This document shows positions 1 to 12,884 of a DNA stretch of 64,000 nt, one piece after another. A program made the translations under genes and the position numbers. Each line of letters begins with the position of its first letter. The stretch's first letter is position 1. This DNA comes from Eledone cirrhosa (taxonomy: Eukaryota), in assembly GCA_964016885.1 (NCBI GenBank), contig OZ024749.1:9238001-9302000 (forward strand). Reading direction: 5' to 3'. The notes under the pieces are model-generated. The model ran no database searches, was not told the origin of the DNA, and saw only the letters and a program-made list of their open reading frames with translations.

Positions 1-23
1 AGAGAGAGAGAGGAACGAGTAGG

Positions 24-119
24 ACCCCGACGGCTGAGCTCAAGCCATTTCGACGGCTACTTCTGGACTAAATGAACATTTTTATCCTGGTACATGAATA
101 GCCGAGCTTCTCAGGGGGT
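24..119 (-). ncRNA. Type I hammerhead ribozyme-like motif with full stem III (degenerate core)
   Basis: Minus strand reads ACCCC-CTGAGAA-[stem II CGGCTA...TAGCCG]-GAAA-TGGCT tgagctc AGCCG-TC-GGGGT. Stem I is ACCCC/GGGGT and the cleavage triplet is GUC. The core deviates from CUGANGA at G8. Confidence 0.65.
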
Positions 120-693
120 AATTCCATATATGGTAAAAGTGATTGTCACAAGGATTGGTCAAAAGTTTGTTGTTGAGACACATAATTCTATCATGGCATT
201 TTGTGGAAGGAAGGGGTAGCTGAACTTGCCAGTAGAAGAAAGAGGGAGAGGGAGTGGAGGAAACCCAGTCGTGCGTTGATAGTGCCAACTACAGCAGGAT
301 CCTAAGGATAAGAGGTCCAGAAAGTATACTAGGGAGGGGGAGGGGAAGGAAGTCGAAACAATAAGTAAATCAATATGGAGTAAATCAATATATAGAAGAA
401 TAATAAGAATATTATATATATATATATATATATAAACACATACCCACACAAATGCTCCTTTAGATGTCAGTTACAGTTATTAAATAAAGATAACTCTGGA
501 ACATCACTTTCACAGGTGTTGTGGATTATATTATCTGACATGCACTTATTGACCTTACTAGGATGAAAGTCAAAGTCTCGCTGGCAGGATAGGAACTGAG
601 AACACAAATGGATGTAACCAAAACACCACAAGGCATTTTCTTTAATATTGTATTATATATATATATATATATATGTATATGTATATATATATA

Positions 694-1160
694 CTAGCTG
701 AATTACCCGGCGTTGCCCGGGTTCTTGCTGTTCTTATTAGTAAACAATAAATATGAAGATATGTTTTATTTTTTCTTTAAGATATCTATATTTTATAAAA
801 GAAATGTCAAAATTGTAAGGATAGTAGAATTTAGAATTGAAAATCTGTTAATCTTGAAGCATCTTAGGGTAAACAATATTCATTGTGTAATTCATGTATG
901 TGTAGATGTGTGTGTGCTTTTAATAACGAACCCATTGAACGCCCAAACACACACTCACTCACAGACACATACATATTCATATACAAACTGTGATGTCCTA
1001 TTGTTTTAATCCAAATGAAAATAAAAATGATATGTTGACACTCTCGGGGTCTAATACTATTATTACCTTGTAAAATTTGATCTGATTTGGTCCAGCCATT
1101 TGAGAATGCATAGGAACAGACAGATAGACAGAAAGACGAAGAATTTTATATATAGAGAGA
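694..1160 (-). mobile_element. Non-autonomous Helitron-type element
   Basis: Minus strand starts A|TCTCTCTATATATAAAA and ends with a GC hairpin CCCGGGCAACGCCGGG followed by CTAG|T, matching Helitron termini (TC...hairpin...CTRR, inserted in AT). No coding capacity seen. Confidence 0.65.
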
Positions 1161-1167
1161 TATATTA

Positions 1168-1818
<651 letters not shown>

Positions 1819-1839
1819 GAAAGATAGTTACTTTAGACC

Positions 1840-3490
1840 ATCCCAATTTATTTTATTATACGTATTTCGAAGATGTAAGGCTTATGTATAACAAACCAAA
1901 ACATTTTCCCTTCAGACAAAATCCACTGGAGGTGTAGAAATCCTTTGATATGCAGGCGGTCAGTCGCATAAATACAGTAAAATCTTTAACTGACACACAG
2001 TTAAACTTTCCTACTCGACTACTAAAAATATTGCCCAAAATATAGCAAAAATTAACAATAGAAATCTTGGAATTAAACATAAAGAAATAACTCACAATAT
2101 TAATCAAAGAATCACTAATGTAATTAACAACATCTCAAATAACAGTCATAATTCCGTTAACATAGGGAAACTTATGGACACAGAGAAGGAACTTTAAATA
2201 ATAACGTAAATAATTGTAATTGCAAAATGCAGTAATATTTTCCCACTTAATAATAACTGTCTTGATCGTAACTTAGTTTATAAATGTATAGTTAAAACGA
2301 ATAATAAGTCTTATAGTTATATTGATGCCACCTCTTTTAAATTTAAAGGAAGGTGGTATAACCATCGCCACTCATTTAAAAGAAAAGATCGAAGATTTAG
2401 TACGACCCTCTCAGAATTGATTTGGTCACTTAAAAATAATAATATTGAATATTCCCTTTCTTGGCAGAAACTTTATCGTGCTTTGCCTTATGAAAAGGCA
2501 TCTATATCTAAAGGATGTGATCTCTGTACCACAGAGATTCTCCACATCATTCAAAATAGGCATTCAATTATAAATAAACGCTCTGAAATATTTAATTCTT
2601 GTCTTCATAAGTTTAGTAAAATGTTTCATAGGGCATTAGTTACATTTTAAATGAAATTTTAATAGACTATTAAATATATAATATAAAATTTTCTTTATAT
2701 ATAGTTTTTTATATATTGTTTTTCTCCTATTTTATTTATAAATCGTTTATAAGATAAATAAAACAAATAAGAATTGTAATATTTCTTCTTCATAACTTTT
2801 ACATATATTTTAACTTTAATTAGTATATAAATGAATTGATTTTAATATAAATTGACATATGAGGCTATAATACATGCATTTTATGTTTTAACTAATTAGG
2901 CTAAAACAAATAAATCTTTTCTTTTGAACCAATTTATTAATCCCATAAAATGATAACCTACCCAGTGATAATTTAGCAAAGCAAATTGTTCAATTTTTTT
3001 TTCCACTCCCATAATATCTACTAAATTAAATTGTTTACGAAATTAGTCATTTATAATTTTTTCTCCATTATATAGTTACATTGTTAATTAGCATCTTCGA
3101 ATATATATTTTTTAGTATAGTATCTAATTTAATCTAACTTAAGTTATAAATAAATAGCCTAACGGTCAATATTTGTTTTTGTTTTGATTTTTTTTACCAA
3201 TCTAAACTCATCATACTATTCCCAGTTTGAAAACGTCAAAACCAACTGTAATATTTCTCTCCCACTTATATAATACCTTCTGTGTTGAGGTTTTTATACC
3301 TCATATGTTTGTTGGCTACAGATCTGAACAGCTTGTCTGACTACCTGCATATCAAATAATTTCACATTTACAGTGGATTTTATCTGAAGAGAACATGTTT
3401 TGATTTATGTTATACATAAGACTTACATTTATTATTATAATAAAATTCCGGTTCAACATTTACCGTTGAGTTCTTGAAATCTGTTATATA
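1840..3490 (+). mobile_element. Penelope-like element remnant (GIY-YIG endonuclease region plus inverted terminal repeat)
   Basis: Frame ~2240-2650 reads FPLNNNCLDRNLVYKC..SYSYIDAT..FKGRWYNHRHSF..STTLSELIWSLK..CDLCTTE..INKRSEIFNSCLHK, a typical PLE GIY-YIG C-terminus. Segment ~1855-1965 is an inverted copy of ~3335-3450. Confidence 0.85.
1850..1922 (-). ncRNA. Minimal type I hammerhead ribozyme in inverted Penelope pLTR fragment
   Basis: Minus strand: ATTTTGT-CTGAAGG-GAAAATGT...ACATCTTC-GAAA-TACGTA (palindromic stem III)-TA-ATAAAAT. A homologous, more degenerate copy lies on the plus strand at ~3370-3450. Confidence 0.65.
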
Positions 3491-3654
3491 TTGAACATAT
3501 ATATATATATATTGAACATATATATATATATATATATATATATCGTCCGCACCCTGTACATATATACATGCATACATACATGCTTATACACATACCTACA
3601 TAAACACACATACATACGTATATATACATATATACATACATATTTACATGATGA

Positions 3655-4185
3655 TGGCTGCCCCTCGTTATCGAGTATGGCCATTGCACGATGTACCATT
3701 ATTAATAATTATTAATTAATTCTACCGTGCAATGCCTGTGGGTGAAGATATTTTTTAAAATGAAGAAAGACTGTGCACTGAGCCAATCCCACTCTCTGAG
3801 CGACAGTAGCTATAACCGGAAAAGAAGAAAAGATCAACATCATCGGTAACTACTGAGCCGCAGGTTTTATATCGGAGTTATCCCAGTTTCCTGAGTTGCC
3901 TTCTCCTAGAAGAATGCCCTGACAAATGCTAGGGGTCCTCCACTCCCAGTGGTTTAACCGTGCGGTACATGTGTATATACATATTTACACACTTTTGGAT
4001 GGCCGTTGACTCTTATGAGTTCTTCCACCCTTTGTCAGGTTTTGTTTTTTGTCATGCAGGGTGTCCAAAATCACCCTCCTCACCAAGTAAACTTGGTGGG
4101 GTTGCCGGTTTAGTAGCCGACGACCCAACCATGCGACAGGTTGGACTAGGTTACATGTTACCAGTAGCACTCAAGAGTACCAGAC
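3655..4185 (+). mobile_element. Non-coding interspersed repeat (retroposon-like) with (CATA)n tail
   Basis: A second diverged copy lies in opposite orientation at ~50428-50995. Both end GTAGCACTCAAGA next to CATA-type repeats. Confidence 0.7.
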
Positions 4186-4352
4186 ATAAACATACATACA
4201 TACATACATACATACATACATACATACATACATACATACATACATACATACATACATACATACATACATACATACATACATACATACGTACATACATACA
4301 TACATACATGCATACATATACACACACACACATACAGACATACACATATATG

Positions 4353-4395
<43 letters not shown>

Positions 4396-4414
4396 TTTTA
4401 AACCGAATTTGCAG

Positions 4415-4494
4415 AATTATATCTATTGATAAGTAGATTTGTTCCTCTGAGTACATCTAGATCGAAATATTATCAGCAAAACCCATCATATACT
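4415..4494 (+). CDS. Possible internal exon of an unidentified plus-strand gene
   Basis: tttgcag|...|gtgagt boundaries; open frame LYLLISRFVPLSTSRSKYYQQNPSYT ends in phase 0, compatible with the candidate exon at 9953. No homology recognised. Confidence 0.3.
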
Positions 4495-4696
4495 GTGAGT
4501 ATTTATTACTGAGTGTATATATGTGTGTGTATGTGTGTATGTATACGTGAATGCATATGTATATAAATATATATTTATATATTATATATATTTATAAGTA
4601 TATATATAAACATATGTATATGCATGTATATATATACAAATATATATATTTATATATATATAATGTGGTCATTAAATAATAAAAGTTGATGATATA

Positions 4697-4736
<40 letters not shown>

Positions 4737-4763
4737 CATATATATATATACATATATACATAC

Positions 4764-4794
<31 letters not shown>

Positions 4795-5039
4795 TATATA
4801 TATGTGTATATAAAAAATACATAAACTATCCTATATATACATACACACACATGTAAACAATTCTATGCACATGCACAGACACACACTCACACGTACACAT
4901 ACACACACACACCCACATACAGACACACAGACACACACTCACACAAAATCTTCCTTTCAAAGTGAAGAAAATTGGATTACAACTTTCAACATTTCCTGCT
5001 TAAGACTCAGTGATTATTGAAGTGAAAAGAAAAGAAAGA

Positions 5040-6187
5040 AAAACAACAACAACACCAATATCAGACATAACAACAACAACACCAATATTGACAACACCAA
5101 TATCAGACATAACAACAACAACACCAATATCGACAACACCAATATCAGACATAACAACAACAACAATATGGACAACAACAATTCCATATATAACAACAAC
5201 ACAAAATTTAGCCACAAAAACAACAACAACACCAATGACAACAACAATGACAATAACAATAACAACACCAATGACAACAACAATGACAATAACAACAACA
5301 CCACCAACAACAACACCAATGACAACAATGATAATAACAACACCAACAACAACACCAATATCAACAACACCAATGACAACAACAATGACAATATCAATAA
5401 CAACAACAACATCAATAACAACACCAACAACAACAACACCAATAACAACAACGACACCAATAACAACAACAACAACAACAGCAACACCAATATCAACAAC
5501 AACAGTAACAACAACACCAACACCACCACCACCAACAACAACAAGAACAACAATAACAAGAACACCAATAACAACTACACCAACAACAACAACACCAACA
5601 ACAACCACAACAGCATCGATATCAACAACAACAACACAACAACAACCACCACAACAACGACTACAACACTATCAACAACAACAACACAACAACAACAACC
5701 ACAACTACAACACTATCAACAACAACAATAACACAACAACAACCACAACAACGACTACAACAACCACAACAACGACTACAACACTGCCAACAACAACAAC
5801 ACGACTACAACCACCACAACAACGACTACAACACTATCAACAACAACAACACAACAACAACCACAACAACGACTACAACACTGCCAACAACAACACGATT
5901 ACAACCACCACAACAACGACTACAACACTATCAACAACAACAACACAACAACAACCACAACAACGACTACAACACTGCCAACAACAACACGATTACAACC
6001 ACCACAACAACGACTACAACACTATCAACAACAACAACACAACAACGACTACAACACTGCCAATAACAACAACACAACAACAACCACCACAACAACAACC
6101 ACCACAACAGCAACAACCACTACAACCACCACAGCAACACTGCCAATATGAACAACAACAACAACAACAACAACCATTACAACAATA
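5040..6187. repeat. Degenerate (ACA)n/(ACC)n trinucleotide low-complexity tract
   Basis: ACA-rich run with internal duplications; gives T-, N-, Q-, V- and L-rich ORFs in several frames. Confidence 0.9.
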
Positions 6188-6559
6188 AAGACAAACACAG
6201 TTTTCTCCCCTTGTATTTTTTTTGCTCCTGTATTTTTTTTCTTTCTTTCTCTGTTATTCTCCATGAAGATCATAAGAAGTCTGATATCTCTGGCAAACTT
6301 ATTGATTCCATATTCTTGGTATCGTAAGAACTTATTGGTCTGCTTTTAAAGAATTACACATTCTCTTTTCTTAGAGAACTGTTTATTTCTCAACCATGAA
6401 AGGACTATGTCTGCCATTCACACCTCCTCGCGGAGTGTGTGGGAGAGGAACGGAATACATGTATATATGTGTGTGAGTGTGTATATGTGTATATAAGTGT
6501 GTGTGCGTGTATATATATATATATATATGTGTGTGCGTGTGTGTATATATAAATATAAG

Positions 6560-6620
<61 letters not shown>

Positions 6621-6650
6621 GTGTGTGTGTGTGTGTATATATAAATATAT

Positions 6651-6728
<78 letters not shown>

Positions 6729-6910
6729 GCATATATACATATCATCATCATCATCCTCAGTTAATGTCTGCTTCTCTTCTCTTGCTAGCAAGGTTTGGCC
6801 AAGTCTACATAAACAAAGTCAGTACTGAAGAGGGACTACACACCTTCCAGACAGGCCAAGTCTGTATCCCACTTACATATGGTCACATACATGTATGTGT
6901 GTATATATAT

Positions 6911-6970
<60 letters not shown>

Positions 6971-7033
6971 TTGAATATATGAGAGGGATGAACACCGATA
7001 CAAGTATACATGTGTTCCAATTGCAAATGACCA

Positions 7034-7083
<50 letters not shown>

Positions 7084-7326
7084 ATGTATGTGACCATATG
7101 TAAGTGAAGGCGTGTGGCTGAGTGGTTAGAGAATTGGATTTACAATCGTAAGGTTGTGAGTTCGATTCCTGGACCAGGCGATGCGTTATGTCCTTGAGCA
7201 AGACACTTTATTTCACGTTGCTCCTTCTACCTGGAGTTGCGACCGATAGATAGTATTAGCAATTGGAAAGACCAACGGAAACTTTGTTCCCTCGGTCCGA
7301 TTTGACGAAAGTCGATCGTTCCTTTC

Positions 7327-7357
<31 letters not shown>

Positions 7358-7559
7358 GTTAAAGAAAGAAGAGTAACATGGTAAGCTGTACAATAAGGGT
7401 TTTATTTAAAGTACTGACAATTGTTATGAAAACATCTTGTTGAGTCAAACAAAGCCGTACGTTAAAACTATCCACAACGCGGAATACTCTAACTGGATTA
7501 CCTATAACGATAACTTGTTATCCCATATATGTATATATCATCATCATCATCATCATCAT

Positions 7560-7949
<390 letters not shown>

Positions 7950-7990
7950 GTTTTGCAAGGTTTTTTATATGAAATCGTGTGTCGAAACAA

Positions 7991-8386
7991 ATATTGTTAT
8001 ACTTGGGGAGGGTCATATTTGTGTAATATTGCCAGAAACGCATGCGCAAAGAAGACAAAATAAAATAAACAAATAAATAAATATATAAACAGACTAAATA
8101 AAGATGGCGTAGAAATTACAATGTAACGGGAGGAAACAATAGCACCACTGACGATGTTGGAGATGTGCAACGAAAGAACTTTGATAAACTATATATATGT
8201 GTTTGTGTCTATATTGTATCTGTATTATTTTTGACCGTTGGTCAGTCAATGGCAACATTGAGGACCGAATAAATTAGATTGCCGATATAAAAGACACGGA
8301 AGCGAAAAGCGAAAACCAACCAAACAGTGAGTGTGTTCTGTTATTAATTCTGGCAATATTACACAAATATGACCCTCCCCAAGTAT

Positions 8387-8394
<8 letters not shown>
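7991..8394. repeat. Element with perfect 47-bp inverted arms
   Basis: 7991-8037 is the exact reverse complement of 8348-8394. The same arm recurs at ~41310-41355 and ~59010-59060. The interior has CTGACGA-tGTTG..CAAC-GAAA. Confidence 0.85.
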
Positions 8395-8419
<25 letters not shown>

Positions 8420-9305
8420 GAAAATTATAATAAAGAAAAGGGGGTTCGAAAAGCACGTCTGGTTTATGTAAAAAAAAAAGGATGTTTATAAGAGAGGTAC
8501 TAAAAATTGATGTTTAGCAAAGCTTGCTTTCTCTGTTTTTAGATTTTCAAAAGCATTTTTTTAAAAGTTAATTGTCCTTTCGTTCAGACTCTTGAATGCT
8601 ATTTTACAATATATACATATGTGTGTGTATGTATATATATATATAGGAAACATGGTAAAAAGGCTCCCAGTCCACACTGTAAATGTGGTTGGTGTTAGGA
8701 AGGGCATCCAGCTGTAGAAAACCTGCCAGAGATAGTCCTATACGAGCGAGACACGGTCACCCGATCAATCTTGCCTCAAGTGGGACAATTTCCGTCTAAC
8801 CCATGCTAGCGCGGAAGATAGACGTTAAACGATGATGATGATGATAATGATGATGATGATGATGATAATGATAATGATGATGATGATGATATATACATAT
8901 ATATATATTCATAAAAAAGTGCAGAGTGCTCAAAGTCGTTGGAAGCCTTGGAGTGGGGAGACACAGGAAGACCTGGGATGACCTTGCCCAATTGCACCTC
9001 TCAAAGGCGATGACACATGACCTGGATCTCTGGCGATACACAGTAATACAGAAGACCCAACTTCCCACGAGCACAAGCTGAAGCATGTATACAGTATGCC
9101 CCACCCCCAGCCCACACTGTCAATGTGGTTGGCATTAGGAAGGGCATCCAGCTGTAGAAAACCAGCCAGAAACACTCCTATATGAGTGACACACAGTCAC
9201 CTGACCCAACTTGCCTCTAAATGGGACCCATCTAACCCATGCTAGCGTGGAAGATAGACGTTAATCGATGATGATGATGATATATATACACATAAAAGAG
9301 TTTAA

Positions 9306-9885
9306 CCCATTAATGTTCAAACCGGCCCAAACCGGTAAGAATTCTCTACCTCTCTCTGTTGAAACTGGCTGTAACAGGTCTCTCAAACTGATGTTAAGGT
9401 ATTGTTCTCAAAATAAATACTTTCAAAATCTCATAGATTCGATATTAAGTGAGATAATTATGTGAGATAAAGCCTTTACCATGAAAATATAATAATATTT
9501 ATAGAGTAATGTAAATGTTATGTGAGATATTATGTGAGGTAAAGCCTTTACCATGAAAATATAATAGTATATATAGAGTAATGTAAATGTTATGTGAGAT
9601 ATTATGTGAGGTAAAGCCTTTACCATGAAAATATAATAGTATATATAGAGTAATGTAAATGTTATGTGAGATATTATGTGAGGTAAAGCCTTTACCATGA
9701 AAATATAATAGTATATATAGAGTAATGTAAATGTTATGTGAGATATTATGTGAGGTAAAGTCTTTACCATGAAAATATAATAGTATATATAGAGTAATGT
9801 AAATGTTATGTGAGATATTATGTGAGGTAAAGCCTTTACCATGAAAATATAATAGTATATATAGAGTAATGTGAATACTAAAGGG
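9306..9885. mobile_element. piggyBac-type MITE (TTAA-flanked) with internal ~66-bp tandem array
   Basis: TTAA|CCCATTAATG...TACTAAAGGG|TTAA. About six copies of a ~66-bp unit at 9460-9870. Same family as 59180-59400 and 60010-61590. Confidence 0.75.
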
Positions 9886-9952
9886 TTAAATGAGTAGATA
9901 ATACAACCATATAAATAGAAAGAACATTTCAAAGCTCAATATAATTCTATAG

Positions 9953-9998
9953 TCCATAGCAAAACAAGTAAGAGACAGTTCAGAGTTTAATCCAATTG
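9953..9998 (+). CDS. Possible penultimate exon of an unidentified gene
   Basis: ttctatag|TCC...ATT G|gtaaat; encodes SIAKQVRDSSEFNPI; followed by a 78-nt GT-AG intron to the next candidate exon with matching phase. Confidence 0.45.
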
Positions 9999-10076
9999 GT
10001 AAATTTCCAAACACATTTCAGACTTCTGTGATTATTTTATAGACATGTATTGCTAAATATTAATGTTATTTTATAG

Positions 10077-10162
10077 ATTATGAAGAGATTAATATAACAG
10101 CAATGAATATCCCTGTTAATTTAATCAAAACATTCGTCAATGAATTAAATGACTTAATTTAA
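10077..10162 (+). CDS. Possible terminal exon of an unidentified gene
   Basis: ttttatag|AT TAT...TAA; joined in phase 1 gives DYEEINITAMNIPVNLIKTFVNELNDLI*. Confidence 0.45.
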
Positions 10163-10219
10163 ATCTTGGTTATTCTTTATTCATTTATGCATATATCATC
10201 ATCATCATCATCATCATCA

Positions 10220-10586
10220 CCATTTAACGTCCGTTCTTCCACGCTAGCATGGGTTAGACGGGTTGTCCTGTTGTGGGCAGTGTCCGATCGGCTGACCTTG
10301 TCTTGCTCATACGGGAACTGATTCTGGCTTAATTTCTACAGCTGGATGCCCTTCCTAACACCAACCTCATTTACAGTGAGTGCTGGGTGCTTTTTTTTGC
10401 TGTGGTGCCAACACATCCACTTTCCAGTGGAATGATAGGGACCCCAGTCCTATCATCTCATTTCTACAGCTGTGTAAACTGGAGCAATGTGAAATAAAGT
10501 GTCTTGCTCAAGGAAACAACACATCACCTGGTCCAACAACCTTTTGATTGCAAGCCCAATGCTGTAACTACTAAGCCATGCACCTT
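10220..10586 (-). mobile_element. tRNA-derived SINE (family A)
   Basis: Same head, core and (TGA)n tail as the 23302 copy, in reverse orientation. Confidence 0.85.
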
Positions 10587-10706
10587 CATATATATATATA
10601 TAAATATATATATATAGTAATAATAATAAATTTGAAGACTAAAATCCAAAGAGGGCTCGATACGGATAAATATATATCAAATATATAAGAACCGTAGAGC
10701 AAATAT

Positions 10707-10802
10707 TTATTAAAATAACAGATTAAAGTTTAAGCAAAGAATCGCTGCTTTCACCCTTAACTGGTGAAAGCAGCGATTCTTAGCTTAAACTTTAATCTGT
10801 TA

Positions 10803-10810
<8 letters not shown>
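10707..10810. repeat. ~100-bp near-perfect palindrome
   Basis: TAAAATAACAGATTAAAGTTTAAGC..GCTTTCACC / GGTGAAAGC..GCTTAAACTTTAATCTGTTATTTTA, followed by (TA)n. Confidence 0.9.
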
Positions 10811-10863
<53 letters not shown>

Positions 10864-11214
10864 GTCATGACTACATATTATTTAAGTAGTTGGATTCGAT
10901 TTAATTTGACTAGAATAATCAAATATTAGCATGCCAAGACTGATATGTAGTACATACGATGAAACATGTGTAAGTGTTATGCAATAAATGTTATTTCTAC
11001 TCTTCTAGAGTGCTAGAGTGATGTTTTAAATAATTTTGTAAATTTCTCTCTCTCTCTCTCTCTCTCTCTCCCTATATATATATATATATTATGATTATCA
11101 TTTTATCTCTGCTGTCCATGGTGACATAGGTTGGACTAGACTGGTCAGGGAAACTTACCCATTTGTTTTATATTTGGCATGAGCATGGTTTCTACAGCTG
11201 GATGTCCTTCCTAA

Positions 11215-11790
11215 CACCAACCACTTTACAGAGTGTACTGGGTGCATGTTATCATGGCACCAGCACTACCACTTTACAGAGTGTACTGGGTGTATGTTAC
11301 CATGCCACCAGCACCAACCACTTTACAGAGTGTACTGCGTGTATGTTACCATGGCACCAGCACCAGCACCAACCACTTTACAGAGTGTACTGCGTGTATG
11401 TTACCATGGCACCAGCACCAGCACCAACCACTTTACAGAGTGTACTGCGTGTATGTTACCATGGCACCAGCACCAGCACCAACCACTTTACAGAGTGTAC
11501 TGGGTGTATGTTACCATGGCACCAACACCAGCACTTTACAGAGTGTACTAGGTGTATGTTACCATGGCACCAGCACCAGCACCAACCACTTTACAGAGTG
11601 TACTGGGTGTATGTTACCATGGCACCAACACCAGCACTTTACAGAGTGTACTGGGTGTATGTTACCATGGCACCAACACCAGCACTTTACAGAGTGTACT
11701 AGGTGTATGTTACCATGGCACCAGCACCAGCACCAACCACTTTACAGAGTGTACTGGGTGTATGTTACCATGGCACCAACACCAGTACTT
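11215..11790. repeat. ~45-56-bp minisatellite derived from SINE internal sequence
   Basis: Unit ACCAACCACTTTACAGAGTGTACTGGGTGTATGTTACCATGGCACCAGC directly continues a SINE core (CTGGATGTCCTTCCTAAC). Confidence 0.9.
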
Positions 11791-12884
11791 TGCAGAATAT
11801 ATATAAAAATAAAAATTCTGAGTCTCAGGTGAGTTTGTTTATGGAAAGAGTTTGAAAAACACAATTGTTGGTGTTGCCATAATTAAGTTTCATGCAATCT
11901 TCCACTACATCAGCAAGATCTCCCTACAGGAATACCATGAGTCATGTGACCTGAGGAGGGCGGGGGGGGGGGTGATTATGAGAAGGGGGGATTGAGGGGT
12001 GGGGTGATTGTGATAAGAAGGGGAGGGGTGAGTTTGGATTGGAGGGCGGAGGAGGGGGAGGGGGGAGGGGGATTGTGAGGTGTGGAGAGTGCGGTGGGGT
12101 GGGTGGAGTAGGGGAGGGAGAGAGGGATTGTGAGGAAAGAGGGTGGAGAAGAAGGATGAGGAGTGGGTTGGGAGGTGGGATGGAGGGAAGGGTGATTATA
12201 AGGAGGTAGGAGGAGGAGGAGGGTAGAAGAAAGAGGAAGGTAGAAAGACGAGGAGGAGGAGGAGGAGGAGGAGGAGGGGGAAGGGGAGGAGGGGGAAGTT
12301 AGATGAATTATTTAAGAGGTGATAATCCAAGTAGACAGAGAAGGTTCTCAATCAAGCAAGGAACTGGAATTAATTAAGGGAAACTGTCTAATCAAAGTCA
12401 ACAGCAATGGAAGATTAACACAGTTCCTACATATTCCATACATCTCTCTCTCTATATATATATGGCTCTCTCTGTCTCTCTGTCTGTCTCTCTGTCTGTC
12501 TGTCTGTATGTCTGTCTGTCTGTATTACTGTATGTCTGTCCATCTGTCTGTGTGTCTGTGGCAGCATTACTAGTTTTGGTAGAGAGGTGGGTAGGTAGGT
12601 GGATAGGTGGGTAAAAAGGTAGGTAGGTAGGGTGGTAGGTAGGTGGGTAGGTAGGTGGGTAGAAAGGTGGGTAGAAAGGTGGGTAGGTAGGTAGGTAGGT
12701 GGGTAGGTAGGTGGCTAGGTAGGTAGATATGTAGGTAGGTGGTGAAGTGGGTAGAAAGGTAGGTAGGTAGGTAGCTTTATGGGTGGGTAGGTATGTGGGT
12801 GGGTAGGTAGGTGGGTAGGAATAATTCTGTGTGGGATTTGGGTTGCTGAGTTTAGGAAGCTAGATAGATAGATAGATAGATAGA

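Noticed and set aside
5010-6188. Mucin-like Thr/Gln-rich ORF
   Set aside because: An ACA trinucleotide tract that is stop-poor by composition; GTG start and no flanking domains.
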